Source: Gracilinanus agilis
Lineage: Eukaryota
DNA: 64,000 bases
Reading direction: 5' to 3'
Assembly: GCF_016433145.1 (NCBI RefSeq)
Contig: NC_058133.1
Location: 123,493,208-123,557,207 of the forward strand
Shown piece after piece: positions 13,239 through 24,769 of this stretch. The notes under the pieces were generated by a model. It worked only from the letters and a program-made list of their open reading frames with translations, was not told where the DNA came from and did not search any database. How positions within the stretch are numbered: the first letter of the stretch is position 1; each line of letters starts with the position of its first letter. The position numbers and the translations under genes are program-made.

Positions 13239-13496
13239 TCATTTAACAAAGGAGAAAGAAGGCCAAAGAGAAGGTTTAATTTTCCCTCAGTCACCAAATG
13301 AGTTAGTGACTCCTTCTGGAGTAGGGACTAGAACTCAAATGTTCTGTCTCCAAGTGCAGGGCTCAATTCAGTGTCTCATGCAAGTGACCTCAAGATTGAG
13401 GTGCTGTGGAAGAAGTTCTCAGTTGCTAATGATTTCCAGCTGACTGGCAACTTTTCTTAAGGGTTCCTTCTACTTTTACAATAAAGTATTGATTCT

Positions 13497-13660
13497 TGGG
13501 GCAGCTGGAGATTCAGTGGAGTCAGTCCTGGAGATCAGAGGTGATGGATTAAAATCTAGCCTCAGATATTCCCTGGCTGTGGGACCCTGGGCAAGTCATT
13601 GAACTCCAATTGCCTAACCCTAGTATCAATTCTAAAATGTAAAGTAAGAGTGTTTTAATA
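13497..13660 (+). mobile_element. Older SINE1/CORE-SINE copy
   Basis: ggggcagctgg head and ccctgggcaagtca CORE. Tail partly deleted. Confidence 0.65.
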
Positions 13661-14004
13661 ACAATAAATTATCGATCCTTTTTTTAAAATCTACAACCAT
13701 ATTTGATTTGATATGACAAAAATAAGAGGTTGGGTAAATCACTCCCAAATGGAATCTATTGGTGCCAAATTGACTGACACCAGATCAGAACTTATGAAGA
13801 CTGACTCCTTAGATGTTGATCATATCAGAGCAAGTCAGAATTGAAAATAAGACACAAAATATCCTTATTATGGGAAACAGTCTCAAATTTTCAGATAGAA
13901 CTTTGGCTTTGGGTGTCTGGCAGTTAATAGGGTTTCAGTATATGAAAGGAAATTGAGTAGAAGATGAAGGAGGAGAAGCATTCAAGCAGAAATACCTTAG
14001 GAAT

Positions 14005-14078
14005 AGGAGGAGGAGGAGGAGGAGGAGGAGGAGGAGGAGGAGGAGGAGGAGGAGGAGGAGGAGGAGGAGGAGGAGGAG
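14005..14078. repeat. (AGG)n trinucleotide repeat, about 24 units
   Basis: Read directly from the sequence. Confidence 0.98.
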
Positions 14079-14354
14079 AGAAAGAAGAAAAAATGAGAGA
14101 AAAGTAGGTAGAAAAGTAGGTGGGATGAAGTTAAAGCCAAACAAGATGTAAATTTAGGTCATGAGGAGGAAGGTGAAGGAAATGGATGAATCAAGAAAAG
14201 AGAATTAGTTTTGGCAAAATAATATATTACTAAAACAAAAGAAATAAAATTAGATATATTTTTCAAACTTCTGGCAGTTGAAGATAGTGAGAGCTCCAGA
14301 GTTCAAGACATGCCACAACAAATTTTCATAATAGTGTTCCCAGATTGCTTCCGG

Positions 14355-14590
14355 AGCAGCTAGGTGTTATATGGTTAGAGCACTAATCTAGGGATCAGGA
14401 AGACTCATCTTCATGAGTTTAAATATGGTCTCAGACACTTACTAGCTGTGTGACCCTGAGCAATTCACTTAACCTTGTTTGTCTCAGGTTACTCATCTGT
14501 AAAAATAACTGAAGAAGGAAATGGCAAATGAGTCCAGTATCTTCACCAAGAAAACCCAGTTGGTTTCCTGAAGAATCAAATAAGACTGAA
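14355..14590 (+). mobile_element. MAR1-like CORE-SINE about 200 nt into intron 8
   Basis: Head, CORE and gaaggaaatggcaaa...ccagtatcttcaccaagaaaaccc tail. Confidence 0.75.
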
Positions 14591-14783
14591 AGTGAACAAA
14601 GAGAGTTTCTAGCAAAATGACTATCTAGGGATGAAGTTAATGAGACTTCAGCCAACTAAAATCCATGACTTAACTACAATCTAATCCTAATTATTTCTAT
14701 GTAGCCTGAACACAAACTTTCATTGAAATTATAGTTCATAATCATAATCACAAGCTAATATGAATAGTTTCAATGAATATTAC

Positions 14784-15005
14784 CTCCCACTGATGGTAAT
14801 TTCATCCACTCCATAGTATCTGTGCCTGAAGTTAACAGAAGACTCAGTTGTATAATACTGACCAAAGAGATGAATCCTTATTTGTGTGGCTTTTACAAAT
14901 TCTTGGAGAGAAGGAGTCTTGTAGAAATTATTATATCCAGGTCGATGATTTGGTTCAGGTGTCAAGATACTAAATGTCACATTACCACGAGAGTAAGGGG
15001 TGAAA
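14784..15005 (-). CDS. USH2A: Usherin coding exon (exon 8 equivalent), end of LN domain: FTPYSRGNVTFSILTP...YYGVDEITISG(R)
   Basis: Lies within ORF 14780-15058(-). Acceptor atctacag| and donor GAG|gtaata. Length 222 nt, phase 2 to 2. Confidence 0.98.
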
Positions 15006-15077
15006 CTGTAGATGAAAGAAATGAAAAAAATACTGGAAAGCCCTTTCCTGCTTTGCACAAAATAAAGTAGTTAACCT

Positions 15078-15092
15078 GGGGGGGGGGGGGGG
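15078..15092. repeat. G15 homopolymer (C15 on the USH2A sense strand) in intron 7
   Basis: Read directly from the sequence. Confidence 0.95.
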
Positions 15093-16704
15093 AAGTTGTT
15101 ATATAACATCAAGAAAAGCTTAAATTCTTTGCATTTGAAAATGACACATATTCTAAATATTTCAAATTCAAACCAAATAATAAAAAAATAACATTTTCTC
15201 TGAATCATGATTTTAACTTCAAAAGGAAAATGATATTTTCTTTCACATTTCTCTTTTTTTTTTTTTAACAATTAGTAATTTTGTTTGTTTATTTTGGTGG
15301 CCAAATAAACGGTATCTATATATTAAGCATTACATTTTAACAAAGGTTTTGTAATCCCTGAATTACTTTACACTCACTTTATAGCAACTTTCCATGTTTA
15401 AATCAGGCCTTCCAGTCGTGGTTTGTGTACTTAATCTGAAAATTCAGATATTATGACTTATATCCTATTCCAAAGGCTCATCATGTAACCGAGATGATGA
15501 TAGATCTTTAAAGGTTATAGTGTAAAACACCTTAATTCTGACAAATTCTTTGAAGCTGAAGAAGTTTCAAATTTTGACACTGTGTACTTGTCATCTAAGA
15601 ACAAGACAACTAAATTCTATGAGGCTCATCCCCAGAAATTTGACCACAACCACTATAAAAACCAGCTAATAAAGTGTGGAGGAGTCGTGACCTACATCAG
15701 TGAAAGGATTGCCCTTCTCGCACCCTAGAAATATATTTCTTGTAAGTATGATAAAAACCTTATCGAAAGTGTAAAAATTATGACCAAATGTTCAGATGTT
15801 GGGCTATAAAGTGCTAAATCATGTTAATGATAGAAGATATACAAATCTCCTTTGGAGAAGTCAGCTATATAATATAACACAATTTGTTGACAGATAATAT
15901 TTGCTTGAGATCTTGCTTTACAAAGGAGGAATGGACTAGGTCTTAATGGAGTCCATAGCTCCTATAACATATATAAGCAGTTCCCAAAACATAATTTATA
16001 GAACTCTGGTGTTTCAAATAATGTGGGGGTTTGGTAAGAAAATTTCCTTGTTATCAAGTTTCCCCTATGAAATATTAAATATGACACTATGTGCTTCAAC
16101 ACATTCATATCAAGTGGATGGCAATTTTATCTAAGTAGATACCACATATAAAGAAGTCTTCTATTTTAAATGGTCTTAATTTCTTTTATTTTGTAATGAA
16201 ATTTCCAAAATCCTTTTCTACTCTAGAGATGTTCAATACTCCCAAGCTTCCTAGATGATGATTTATTCATTTCTTCATGTCCCAAAATATTACGTGACCA
16301 AATTAGTTTAAGAGATATTCACTTAAATCATTTGTAGTTCTATTCTAAAATCTGTTCCTCGGCACCAACTAATAACAATAACAACATTTATATGGTGATT
16401 ACTATTTTGCCAGACACTGTGCCAATTGCTTTATAATTATTACCTCATTTTTATCTCCAACATCCCTAAGAAGTAGGTGCTACTATTATCCCCACTTTAA
16501 AAATGAAGAAACTAAGGCAAACATAAATTAAGTGACTGGCCTAGGGTCACACAGTAAGTGTCTGAAGTTGCATTCATTTGAATTCAGGTCTTTCTGACTC
16601 CAGGTCTGGCACTCTATCCACTATACTACCTACCTTTCTCAATAAGAAATAAACATATAATAAAAATAAACCAATGATGTGTTTCTTTTATTTTTTTTTC
16701 ATAC

Positions 16705-16889
16705 TTAGGAAGCTGAAGACAGTTGACAGAGTCAGGATTTTCCAATTGGTTATTGTTTTCCATTCCAAAATCGCTGCAGTTTCTAGCAAAATATTGCCAG
16801 TCCTCCCAATCTAAGTGGTCCATCTTTTTCCTCTGAATTTGGATTCCTGTTGGCTGTGGACTAAAGAACTGAAGGACAATGTAAAAAAC
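16705..16889 (-). CDS. USH2A: Usherin coding exon (exon 7 equivalent), LN domain: VFYIVLQFFSPQPTGIQIQRKKMDHLDWEDWQYFARNC...NCLQLP(N)
   Basis: Overlaps ORF 16626-16823(-). Acceptor atttacag| and donor TAA|gtatga. Length 185 nt, phase 0 to 2. Contains the DWEDWQYFARNC LN motif. Confidence 0.97.
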
Positions 16890-18854
16890 CTGTAAATGAA
16901 AAGCACATTAAACATTATAAATGAAATTTCTAGGTATGGCTCATTAGTATAAATCTACCATTACATTCATCCATTACATCTCATTTTAGTCAGTGATATC
17001 AAATATTATGATCTAACAAGTCTATCAGTTGTGTGTGGTCCCCATCTTTGATCAATCAATAAACATTTACCAGGTATTGTACTAAAGTCTTCAAAGAGAA
17101 GGGACTTTATGGTAATCCAGGGGGAAACCCACTACCATATAATGCAACCAAAGAATACTAACAAAGCAAAGGACCCTAATATAGTCCAATTCCCTCTAAA
17201 TAAGGAAAACTGAGGGCCAAAAAATATCCAATAAAACAAATGAACTTAGTGGAAAAGCTGGGAAGTGAACTCAGGTCTCTTAATCGCAAATCCAATGTGC
17301 TTCTATTAAATTAAGTACAAATTCCGTATAAGTTTATCTGCCAGGTATTTTTAAGTGTTCTTTTGAAACAAGCACACCATTGAATTCATCCACTGGAACC
17401 TCAAGCTAAACCAAAGTCCCTTTAGCATTTCACAAATATTCAGGTCTGACTCTATCACTAACTTGCTGGGTAACCTTGGTAAAGTCACTCTAATCAAGTC
17501 ACTATGCGCCTCAATTTCCTAATATGTAAAATGAAAAGCCACCTGCTCTAGAGACCAGTAGAGTTGTTAAAAGAAGTGATGAAGATGCATACTAGAAATG
17601 TTTTGTAAGTATTACAATGCATTCATGGTTTCCATTTCCCACAATCCTTCTTCATTGAGATGTGTTCTCAGAAGCCAGTGTAGAAGTCAAAAATAAGTTG
17701 ACATTACCTGGAACACACTCTGGGTAAGTAAGTTATGCAATGTAAAAAGGCAAGAGCAGTACATGTGAGTCTAACATAGATTGTAGGTACATAAATAGTA
17801 GAATTATGCATTGCAGAGTCATTGGTGACAGGGATGTGAGTAGGAATGGATATAGAATATAGAATAAAGAGAAATCCATATTGCAAAAGCAAGTGGGCAT
17901 CAACCTGTCCATGACAACAAGATTCTGGTGTTCTCTCAGAAATATAATGATGACTATGAGAGCTCTGGCAAGAGATTTCAATTTTTCTTCAGCTTCATGG
18001 AGTCAGTACTCTCTAACAACAATAATAGTGATAATAGCTAGCATTTCTATAACTCTTTAAGGTTTACAAAGCCCTTGAGAAATATTTCATTTCATTCTTA
18101 CAATTCTGGAAACCTGTAAGAATCCCAACTTTACAGATGATGAAACTGAGACAGGCAGCAACTAAGAGACTTGTCAAGGATCACATAGCTAAATAAGTGC
18201 CTGAGCCTGGATTTGAACTCAGGCTTTCCTGACTGCAGGGGCAATAATATATCTAATGGAACCCACTAGTGGCCACACCAATGCTACTTGCAACATGGTA
18301 AAGAGAAATCTAAGTTACTGGAGACATGAATTTGATCTCAATGTATCCCCATTAAACTTTGCTGAAGATACTGAGGAATTGAACCTTATATTAACTAGCC
18401 CTCCTCTGAAGGCACAGAAAGGGACAATCATTATGTATAGTTACATAGAGTGTTTACTTCCTACTCAATTTAATTCATTGCTATTTACTTTGACATTCTG
18501 TTACAATGGACTGCTTCTTTGTCTTTGAATTCATGTTATTTGGCACAGTCTGACATAGTATGCAATTGGTATGGTCTCAAATTCTAATTCTCAATACTAT
18601 ACAAGTACTCTGACCTTGGTTGTAGCTGAGAAAGAGTGCTACATAAGGTTAAAACTTTCTATAAATATCAAGTATTCTTTTTATAATATAGGTTTTGAAT
18701 ATAAACCATTCCTAAAAATAAATCCATTATTCCCCTACAGAGCCTTTTAATTCACAAGTTTCATTTCCTATAGATTTTTCATGAATAAAATCCTCATTTG
18801 GCTAATACAATTCCCAGATGCTACTGATACAAGGAAAAAAGTTTATCTAATTAC

Positions 18855-19149
18855 CTGGTACTGTCCATTTTCCAAATCTATTGTAATCGCCACTCCATTT
18901 TCAAGCTCAGTCGTGTTTTTAAAGACATGCGAAATCCACGAAGTCCCAATATCATTATCATTGATGTAAGAGAGAGGGTGAGCTTCAGAATTCAGCCTCA
19001 AAACTCTATCATTGGTTGTGTCATCTGCATCATTAGGGAGGCAGTACCGCTGCACCAAAGGATGGACTCTCGGGTGGCTGACAGGGCAACGGCACTCTGT
19101 CTGGGTGTGCAAATAGAATAATCCTCCAGAGAAAATTTCCAGGATGTCT
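18855..19149 (-). CDS. USH2A: Usherin coding exon (exon 6 equivalent), start of laminin N-terminal domain: DILEIFSGG...CRCPVSHPRVHPLVQRYCLP...IDLENGQYQ
   Basis: Lies within ORF 18843-19220(-). Acceptor ctctgtag| and donor CAG|gtaatt. Length 295 nt, phase 2 to 0. Confidence 0.98.
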
Positions 19150-19389
19150 CTACAGAGACCATGATAAAGATAGTCAGTCAAGGGCATGACAAAACAGTTC
19201 AACAAAGAATAGAACTTCAAAAATCAGGTATAAAGTAGGCTACTTTTCCTATAATAATGGAATTTCTAAGTATCTGTTTAAATTCAATAATTTGCCACAT
19301 ATAAAAAGAAAGAAAAAATGGCTCTGGAGAATATAGGAAGTGTAACAGGATAGTATTCAAAACTAGTTAAACAAGTGATGGCAAAGAGT

Positions 19390-20095
19390 GGCAATTAACT
19401 AACTAATGGCAACTGAGCTGGAAATCACCAGAGGTATTCTCAAATATGGTTTCTTTAGCCCTGTTCCACTCAACATTGTTATCAAATTTTATCAGTGAGA
19501 CAGCATATCATGAGAATCAGAGCATGTGGTAATCAGGAGAAATCTGGGTTCAAATCCTTTCTTTGATATATATACATTTTTAATGAAGTCAGTAGTGAGT
19601 TGATTATAAAAATGTACAAATGATGCAAAACTGGATGAACAGGGGAATTACCAGCCTTTGCCTCCCTGAAAAAGAAGGTGACATTACCAATGTACTCTGC
19701 TTTTATCAAGCCTCATGAGAAATATGTCTGAGATCAGTTCTTAGGAAGGAAATTGACAAATAGGAGAGGGTCCAGATGAGAACAACCACAATGATAAAGA
19801 GCTTTGAGATTATTTCAAGTAAGAATCATTTGAATGAACTGGGTTTGGGTAAAAAGAAAAAGAGAAAACTTGAGGGTGACATAATGTTTACATTGATGTA
19901 TTTGCAGGAATGAAATATGGGCAAGAAATGACTTCTCCTGCTCGGTAGCAGAGGGCACCCCTGGAAGCAATAGGAAATTTCAAAGGGGCAGATTTTAGGG
20001 TTGATGTCATGGAAAACTCTCTCCCATTGAAAGCCTTTAAGAAGGAGGTTGGATCACCACTTAGAGGGTTTCCCTTCCCATTCCCAAATTTTGTA
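19390..20095 (+). mobile_element. CR1/L3 LINE fragments (RT remnant and 3' end)
   Basis: Degenerate RT segment, then ggagagggtccagatgagaacaaccacaatgataaag and aggcagatttt-type L3 3' motifs. Confidence 0.65.
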
Positions 20096-20384
20096 ATTCC
20101 ATTATATATATTTTATTTAACCTTCTCAACAACAACCCTGTGAGCTAGATACTATTGTTATCCCATTTTATGGATGAGTAAACTGAAACTAAATTTAAAT
20201 GACTTGCACAGAATCACATAACTAGTATGTGTCTGAGGCCAGATTTGAACTCCATTCTCTCTGATTCCAGGTCATTTCTATCCATTGCCCCCAACTAGTT
20301 GCCTAAGTAATAGAATCAGGATCGAAAAAAGCACAAGATAGAAAAAGGAAATAAGAATAAATTTGTTAGAAATAAATGTGCTGA

Positions 20385-20600
20385 GGGCAACTTGATGGCT
20401 CAGTGGGTTGAGTTAGGCTTAGAGATGAGTTCCTGGGTTCAAATCTGGCCTCAGATATTTCCTAGTTCTGTGACCCTGGACAGGTCACTTAATCTCCATT
20501 GCCTGGCCCTTACCACTCTTCTGCCTTGGAACCAATACTTAGTAGTGATTCTAAGATGGAAGGTAAGGGTTTAAAAGGAGAAAAAAAAAGATAAAAAAAA
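20385..20600 (+). mobile_element. SINE1-like CORE-SINE
   Basis: Head, CORE and tail ending ggaaggtaagggttt followed by an A-rich tail. Confidence 0.8.
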
Positions 20601-21019
20601 GACAGATTTTAGCCCTGCATAATACAAATACCCTTACCAGAGCTGTCCTACAGTAGAGTAAGCAGCCTCAAAGTGAGTAACCCACCACTAAAGATCTTTA
20701 TGTAAAACCTTGTTAATCAATTATCTAGAGGTTGTAGATGGCATTCATACTCAGACCTGCTTTAGACTAAGTGACCTCTGACAGCCCTGACAATTTTGTG
20801 ATTCTATTATTTATTCTAAAGAGATAAGCATGTGAGATTAAGATTTCAGAAAGAAATCTTTTCACTGGCAATACTATATCATATCTTTCTATTTCCATAG
20901 TTTAATTTGTATATTAAATATTCATCCAAACAAACTGGGCAAAGGAATTTTGAGTGTCAAATGAGAGTTATAGTATATACCATACATTCAACATAAAACA
21001 TTTTCATTCAAGTCATTTT

Positions 21020-21214
21020 TTTAAACCCTTACCTTCCGTCTTGGAGTCAATACTGTGTATTGGCTCCAAGGATGAAGAGTGGTAAGGGTAGGCAATGGGG
21101 GTCAAGTGACTTGCCCAGTGTCACACGGCTGGGAAGTGTCTGAGGCCAGATTTGAACCTAGGACTTCCCGTCTCTAAGCCTGGATCTCAATCCACTGAGC
21201 TACCTAGCTGCCCC
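21020..21214 (-). mobile_element. SINE1_Mdo-like CORE-SINE, long-tail variant
   Basis: Full length. 14-bp TSD attcaagtcatttt at 21006-21019 and 21216-21229. Confidence 0.9.
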
Positions 21215-21545
21215 GATTCAAGTCATTTTAATAAAAATGTTGACAGAATAAGACCAAGGACAGAGCCTTGAAAAATACCACCAGAGACAAATTCCCAATT
21301 AACATAGGTATTCTGTCTATATTTTTCTATCTTATGTATAAGGATATTACAAGATACTTTGTCAAATGCTTGATGACATTCAGAGATTTTACTTCTATGT
21401 CACTCTGATAAACTAGTTTTCATATGACTTTTTAAAAAAAGAAGAAGAAATTAGGTTACCAGTCTGTTGTAATGCCTCTCCAGGCTACATTCAAGATTTC
21501 TAACATGCCCCAGCTCTTCATTAAGCCTAATTCCAACCTTAGAAA
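21215..21545 (-). mobile_element. CR1/L3 RT fragment
   Basis: The reverse complement of agaccaaggacagagccttg (21251-21270) encodes QGSVLG, the CR1 PQGSVLGP motif. Confidence 0.6.
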
Positions 21546-21799
21546 TTATGCACTGGAAGTATCCTCCATCCCTACAACCTCTCCTTTTCAAAATTGGATG
21601 GCTCCTTCTGTGCAAGAAAAGTACTCAAGCTAACCATGTCTCATTCTTCTGCATGATATACTCCAGATTTTCTCTACCATCCTGCCACTACCTCCCCTCC
21701 CCCAACCCAGGCATCTTCATCATCTCTCCCTCCAACTCCACCCCAACCTTTTCAGAATCCTTTTATGTGCTATCTTCTTCTACTGGAATGTAAGCTCTT

Positions 21800-21831
21800 A
21801 TGTTTGCTTCAGCGGCACATATACTAGAAAA
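21800..21831 (+). pseudogene. U6 snRNA 5' fragment (3'-truncated retro-pseudogene)
   Basis: atgtttgcttcagcggcacatatacta matches U6 GTGCTCGCTTCGGCAGCACATATACTA at 22/27 positions, two of the mismatches being CpG transitions. Flanked by taagctctt (21791-21799) and taagcccctt (21832-21841). Confidence 0.8.
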
Positions 21832-24769
21832 TAAGCCCCTTGAGAGCAGGGTCTATCTTACTGCTTGTATTTGCATTCCAGATGTTTAGTATAGTGTCGA
21901 GTACATAAATTCTTGCTGATTTCTGACTGATTATTCTTTGCTGGAGCTAAATGATTATTTCTTTCATTTCTAAGTGCACAGAAGTGATCCACTTAAAAAT
22001 CCATTCTAGAATTTTTGATGTAATCACTATGATTATGGGCATGGTAAGGTGGTATAATGGGTAGAAGGATGGACCAGAGGTCCATCTGTAAAATGGGCAT
22101 GATAACAGCATCTACCTTCCAGTGTTGTCATGGAGATCAAATGAGAGAGCATATGTTAAAACTCTTTGCAAACCTTATAAAACACTATATAAGTACCAGG
22201 CATTGTTATATCTTTTTTCACTCTAAAAAAAAAAAAACTAAGACAAATTTTCCTATTTCTAATTTTCAAGATTATTTTTCTTTCATGATTCCTCAAAGAT
22301 TAATTGTTGTCATGTGAAAATATCACACAATAACCTGAGACACTGTCTTGTCCCATTAGAGGTCCATATGAATCTGAAGCAGAATAAGTACACACCACAG
22401 CCAGAGGTTAAGATTGGAGCAGATGCATGTAGTATAGAGAGTCATATTGTTAGTCAGAGTGAGAAAAAAGCAGGGTCTTGGGAGTTAATTAGATTCAAAA
22501 AGTGCAGATAAGTCCATTTAGGTCCCCTATTTTGCCTCATGCCAGCATTTATGCCATGAAGATGACCATATTCTCACTACCCCTAAACCAGCACAGCTTC
22601 TAAAGATTTTGGTTGCTACAACTGCCAATTGTCTAGACACTTATTTAGAGAAACTAGACGTTATCTTCTCACCTAATGAGGATGATCTCAAGTAGGACTC
22701 AGACAAATGAGGTATTTTCTCAAGGTGACACAGTCACTAAGAACTACCCCAAAACTCAAACTCAAGTCTCTGGGTAATCTCATTGCTCTTTTCACCATAC
22801 AATATCACCTTTCAAACACATTCTCTGACAAGGGAATCCATTCACAGGAAAAGAACATTAAGAAAATACAAACTGGTCCACCTTCAGACCTTCTGCAGCA
22901 GACACCAGTCATAGTTATTAATCTGATCATGAGCAGCTATAATTAAACATCAGCATACTGTGACCATTTCTATTCATTTAGAGTAATTGTTGTGGCAATA
23001 TTAATTTGGTAAGAGTTCTTTCATTCTATTGATATAGTTTATTCATAGTGCCAGCACTACAAAAATACATGATGGAGAATTTCTATATCAGGTACAGATA
23101 GGGTCACTGGATCACAGGAGGAACAGTGACAAATAAGTAACCTTTCATCCCCCCTAATTTCTGAATGACTTTTCATATATGCCTGAAAGGAGCTACGGCC
23201 AGGGCCACATGCCAATGTCTCTGCCTGTGATTCATCACTGCAGATCTTGGCACCCTGAGTTGCTCTCCTGGCCCTATATTCCACATATATTGCCAGAAAA
23301 GAAAGTGGAAAAAATACCAAGCAAGTAAATTTATTTTTTTTTTCATCAAGGGCTCACATACCTGTCCTAAATAAGAATTAACCATCATATGGTTAGGGAG
23401 TCCTCAACCCAATCTGATTTCCAATTTTCTAACATTAGTTAATTATATTAACCAAATATTATAAGAAGAGAGAAAGAGGATAAATGCCTTCTCCTATATG
23501 CCCTAAAAAAAAAAGAACTGGACATGGCAGGTAGTTTTTCCATTCAGTGATCAATTTTAATAAATCACCTCATTTCCTCTAAATTGCATCAATAGGTTTG
23601 ACTCAATATCAAAGGGGACCAAAAGAGACCATATAGTTCATTACTTTCTTTCAAGAGATAATTTCATCTGGCTAATACCAAAAGGATCACTATAGAACAT
23701 ATTGAGAAATAAAGGCAAAGGTTTTGTGGAGTAATTTTTCAGTCATATCCAACTCTGTGATGCCATTTGGGGGTCTTTTTGGCAGATATACTGAAGTGGT
23801 TTACCATTTGAGACAAAAAGGAATAAATGACTTGCCTAGGGTCACACGCCTAGGGTCTGAGTTTGGATTTGAAATAAACAAGATAAAGTCTGGGCACTCC
23901 TTTTGAAATATGTTCTGGTGCCGCACTATATTTAAGCAGCCCTTGATTATATTCAGTAACGGATGACTTCTGCCTTACCAGCTCCCTAGTAGTAGACTGT
24001 AAGTTTCTTGAGGGTAGGGCCTTCTAGTCTTTGTATTCCCAGAACTTAACAAAGGGATTGTTAGTGCATTTGTGGTCAATAAAAGCTGGCTAAAATCAAC
24101 TGAAGCCAAAATATGATCAAATAGAATGGAATTGAAATAACCCTTCTTCAGATGGCTCCCAAACTTGGAAAGGTGTCTCCAACACAGATAATTTTTACTT
24201 GAATTACCAGGAATCTTCAATTGTTCAATATTTCACTTTAACAATCCAAATTCCTACTGGAACAATATGAATTCATTTCATCTTGTATAAGAGTCAACAG
24301 AATTAATAAGATCTACTCATCAAACATATATTACTTTATCTTAGAAACATCAAACAAAAAGAAATCTTGAAAGGGCAGCCAGGATAGCCAGGTTCCTAAA
24401 CTATACTTGTGCAGAAGAAAATCCATCTTGTTTTTTTACATTACCTTTAAAATTATTTTTATTCAACCTCATAAATTGTTCTTTTAGCTAGCTTAATTTT
24501 TTATTATTATTATTTACTTAGTAGAAATAATAAATGCAATTTAGTTCAATTTAATAGATACTTTTTAATCACCTATTATGTACAAGGGACTGTTAAGTAT
24601 TGAAGGGGAGAGAGGGAACAAGCATTTATTAAGTACCTGCTATGTGACAGGCATTATGCTAAACACTTTATAGTATGAGGGAGATATCACTAGACAAAGT
24701 CCTGATGACAAATATTTATCAATTTAGTTCACCAGGATGAAGAGGAAGGAAAGAAAGGAAATAAACCTT

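Noticed and set aside
16775-16790. N-C-S glycosylation sequon in exon 7 (ARNCSD versus recalled human ARNCGA)
   Set aside because: I cannot show it is marsupial-specific. Other mammals may share it, so it is not reported as novel.
14822-19121. Plus-strand ORFs 14822-15070 and 18927-19121
   Set aside because: Antisense shadows of USH2A exons 8 and 6. No independent evidence of a gene or antisense transcript.
23057-23320. Cys-containing 87-aa minus-strand ORF as an extra USH2A exon
   Set aside because: No recognisable usherin homology, no convincing donor, and exons 5 and 6 already splice in frame.
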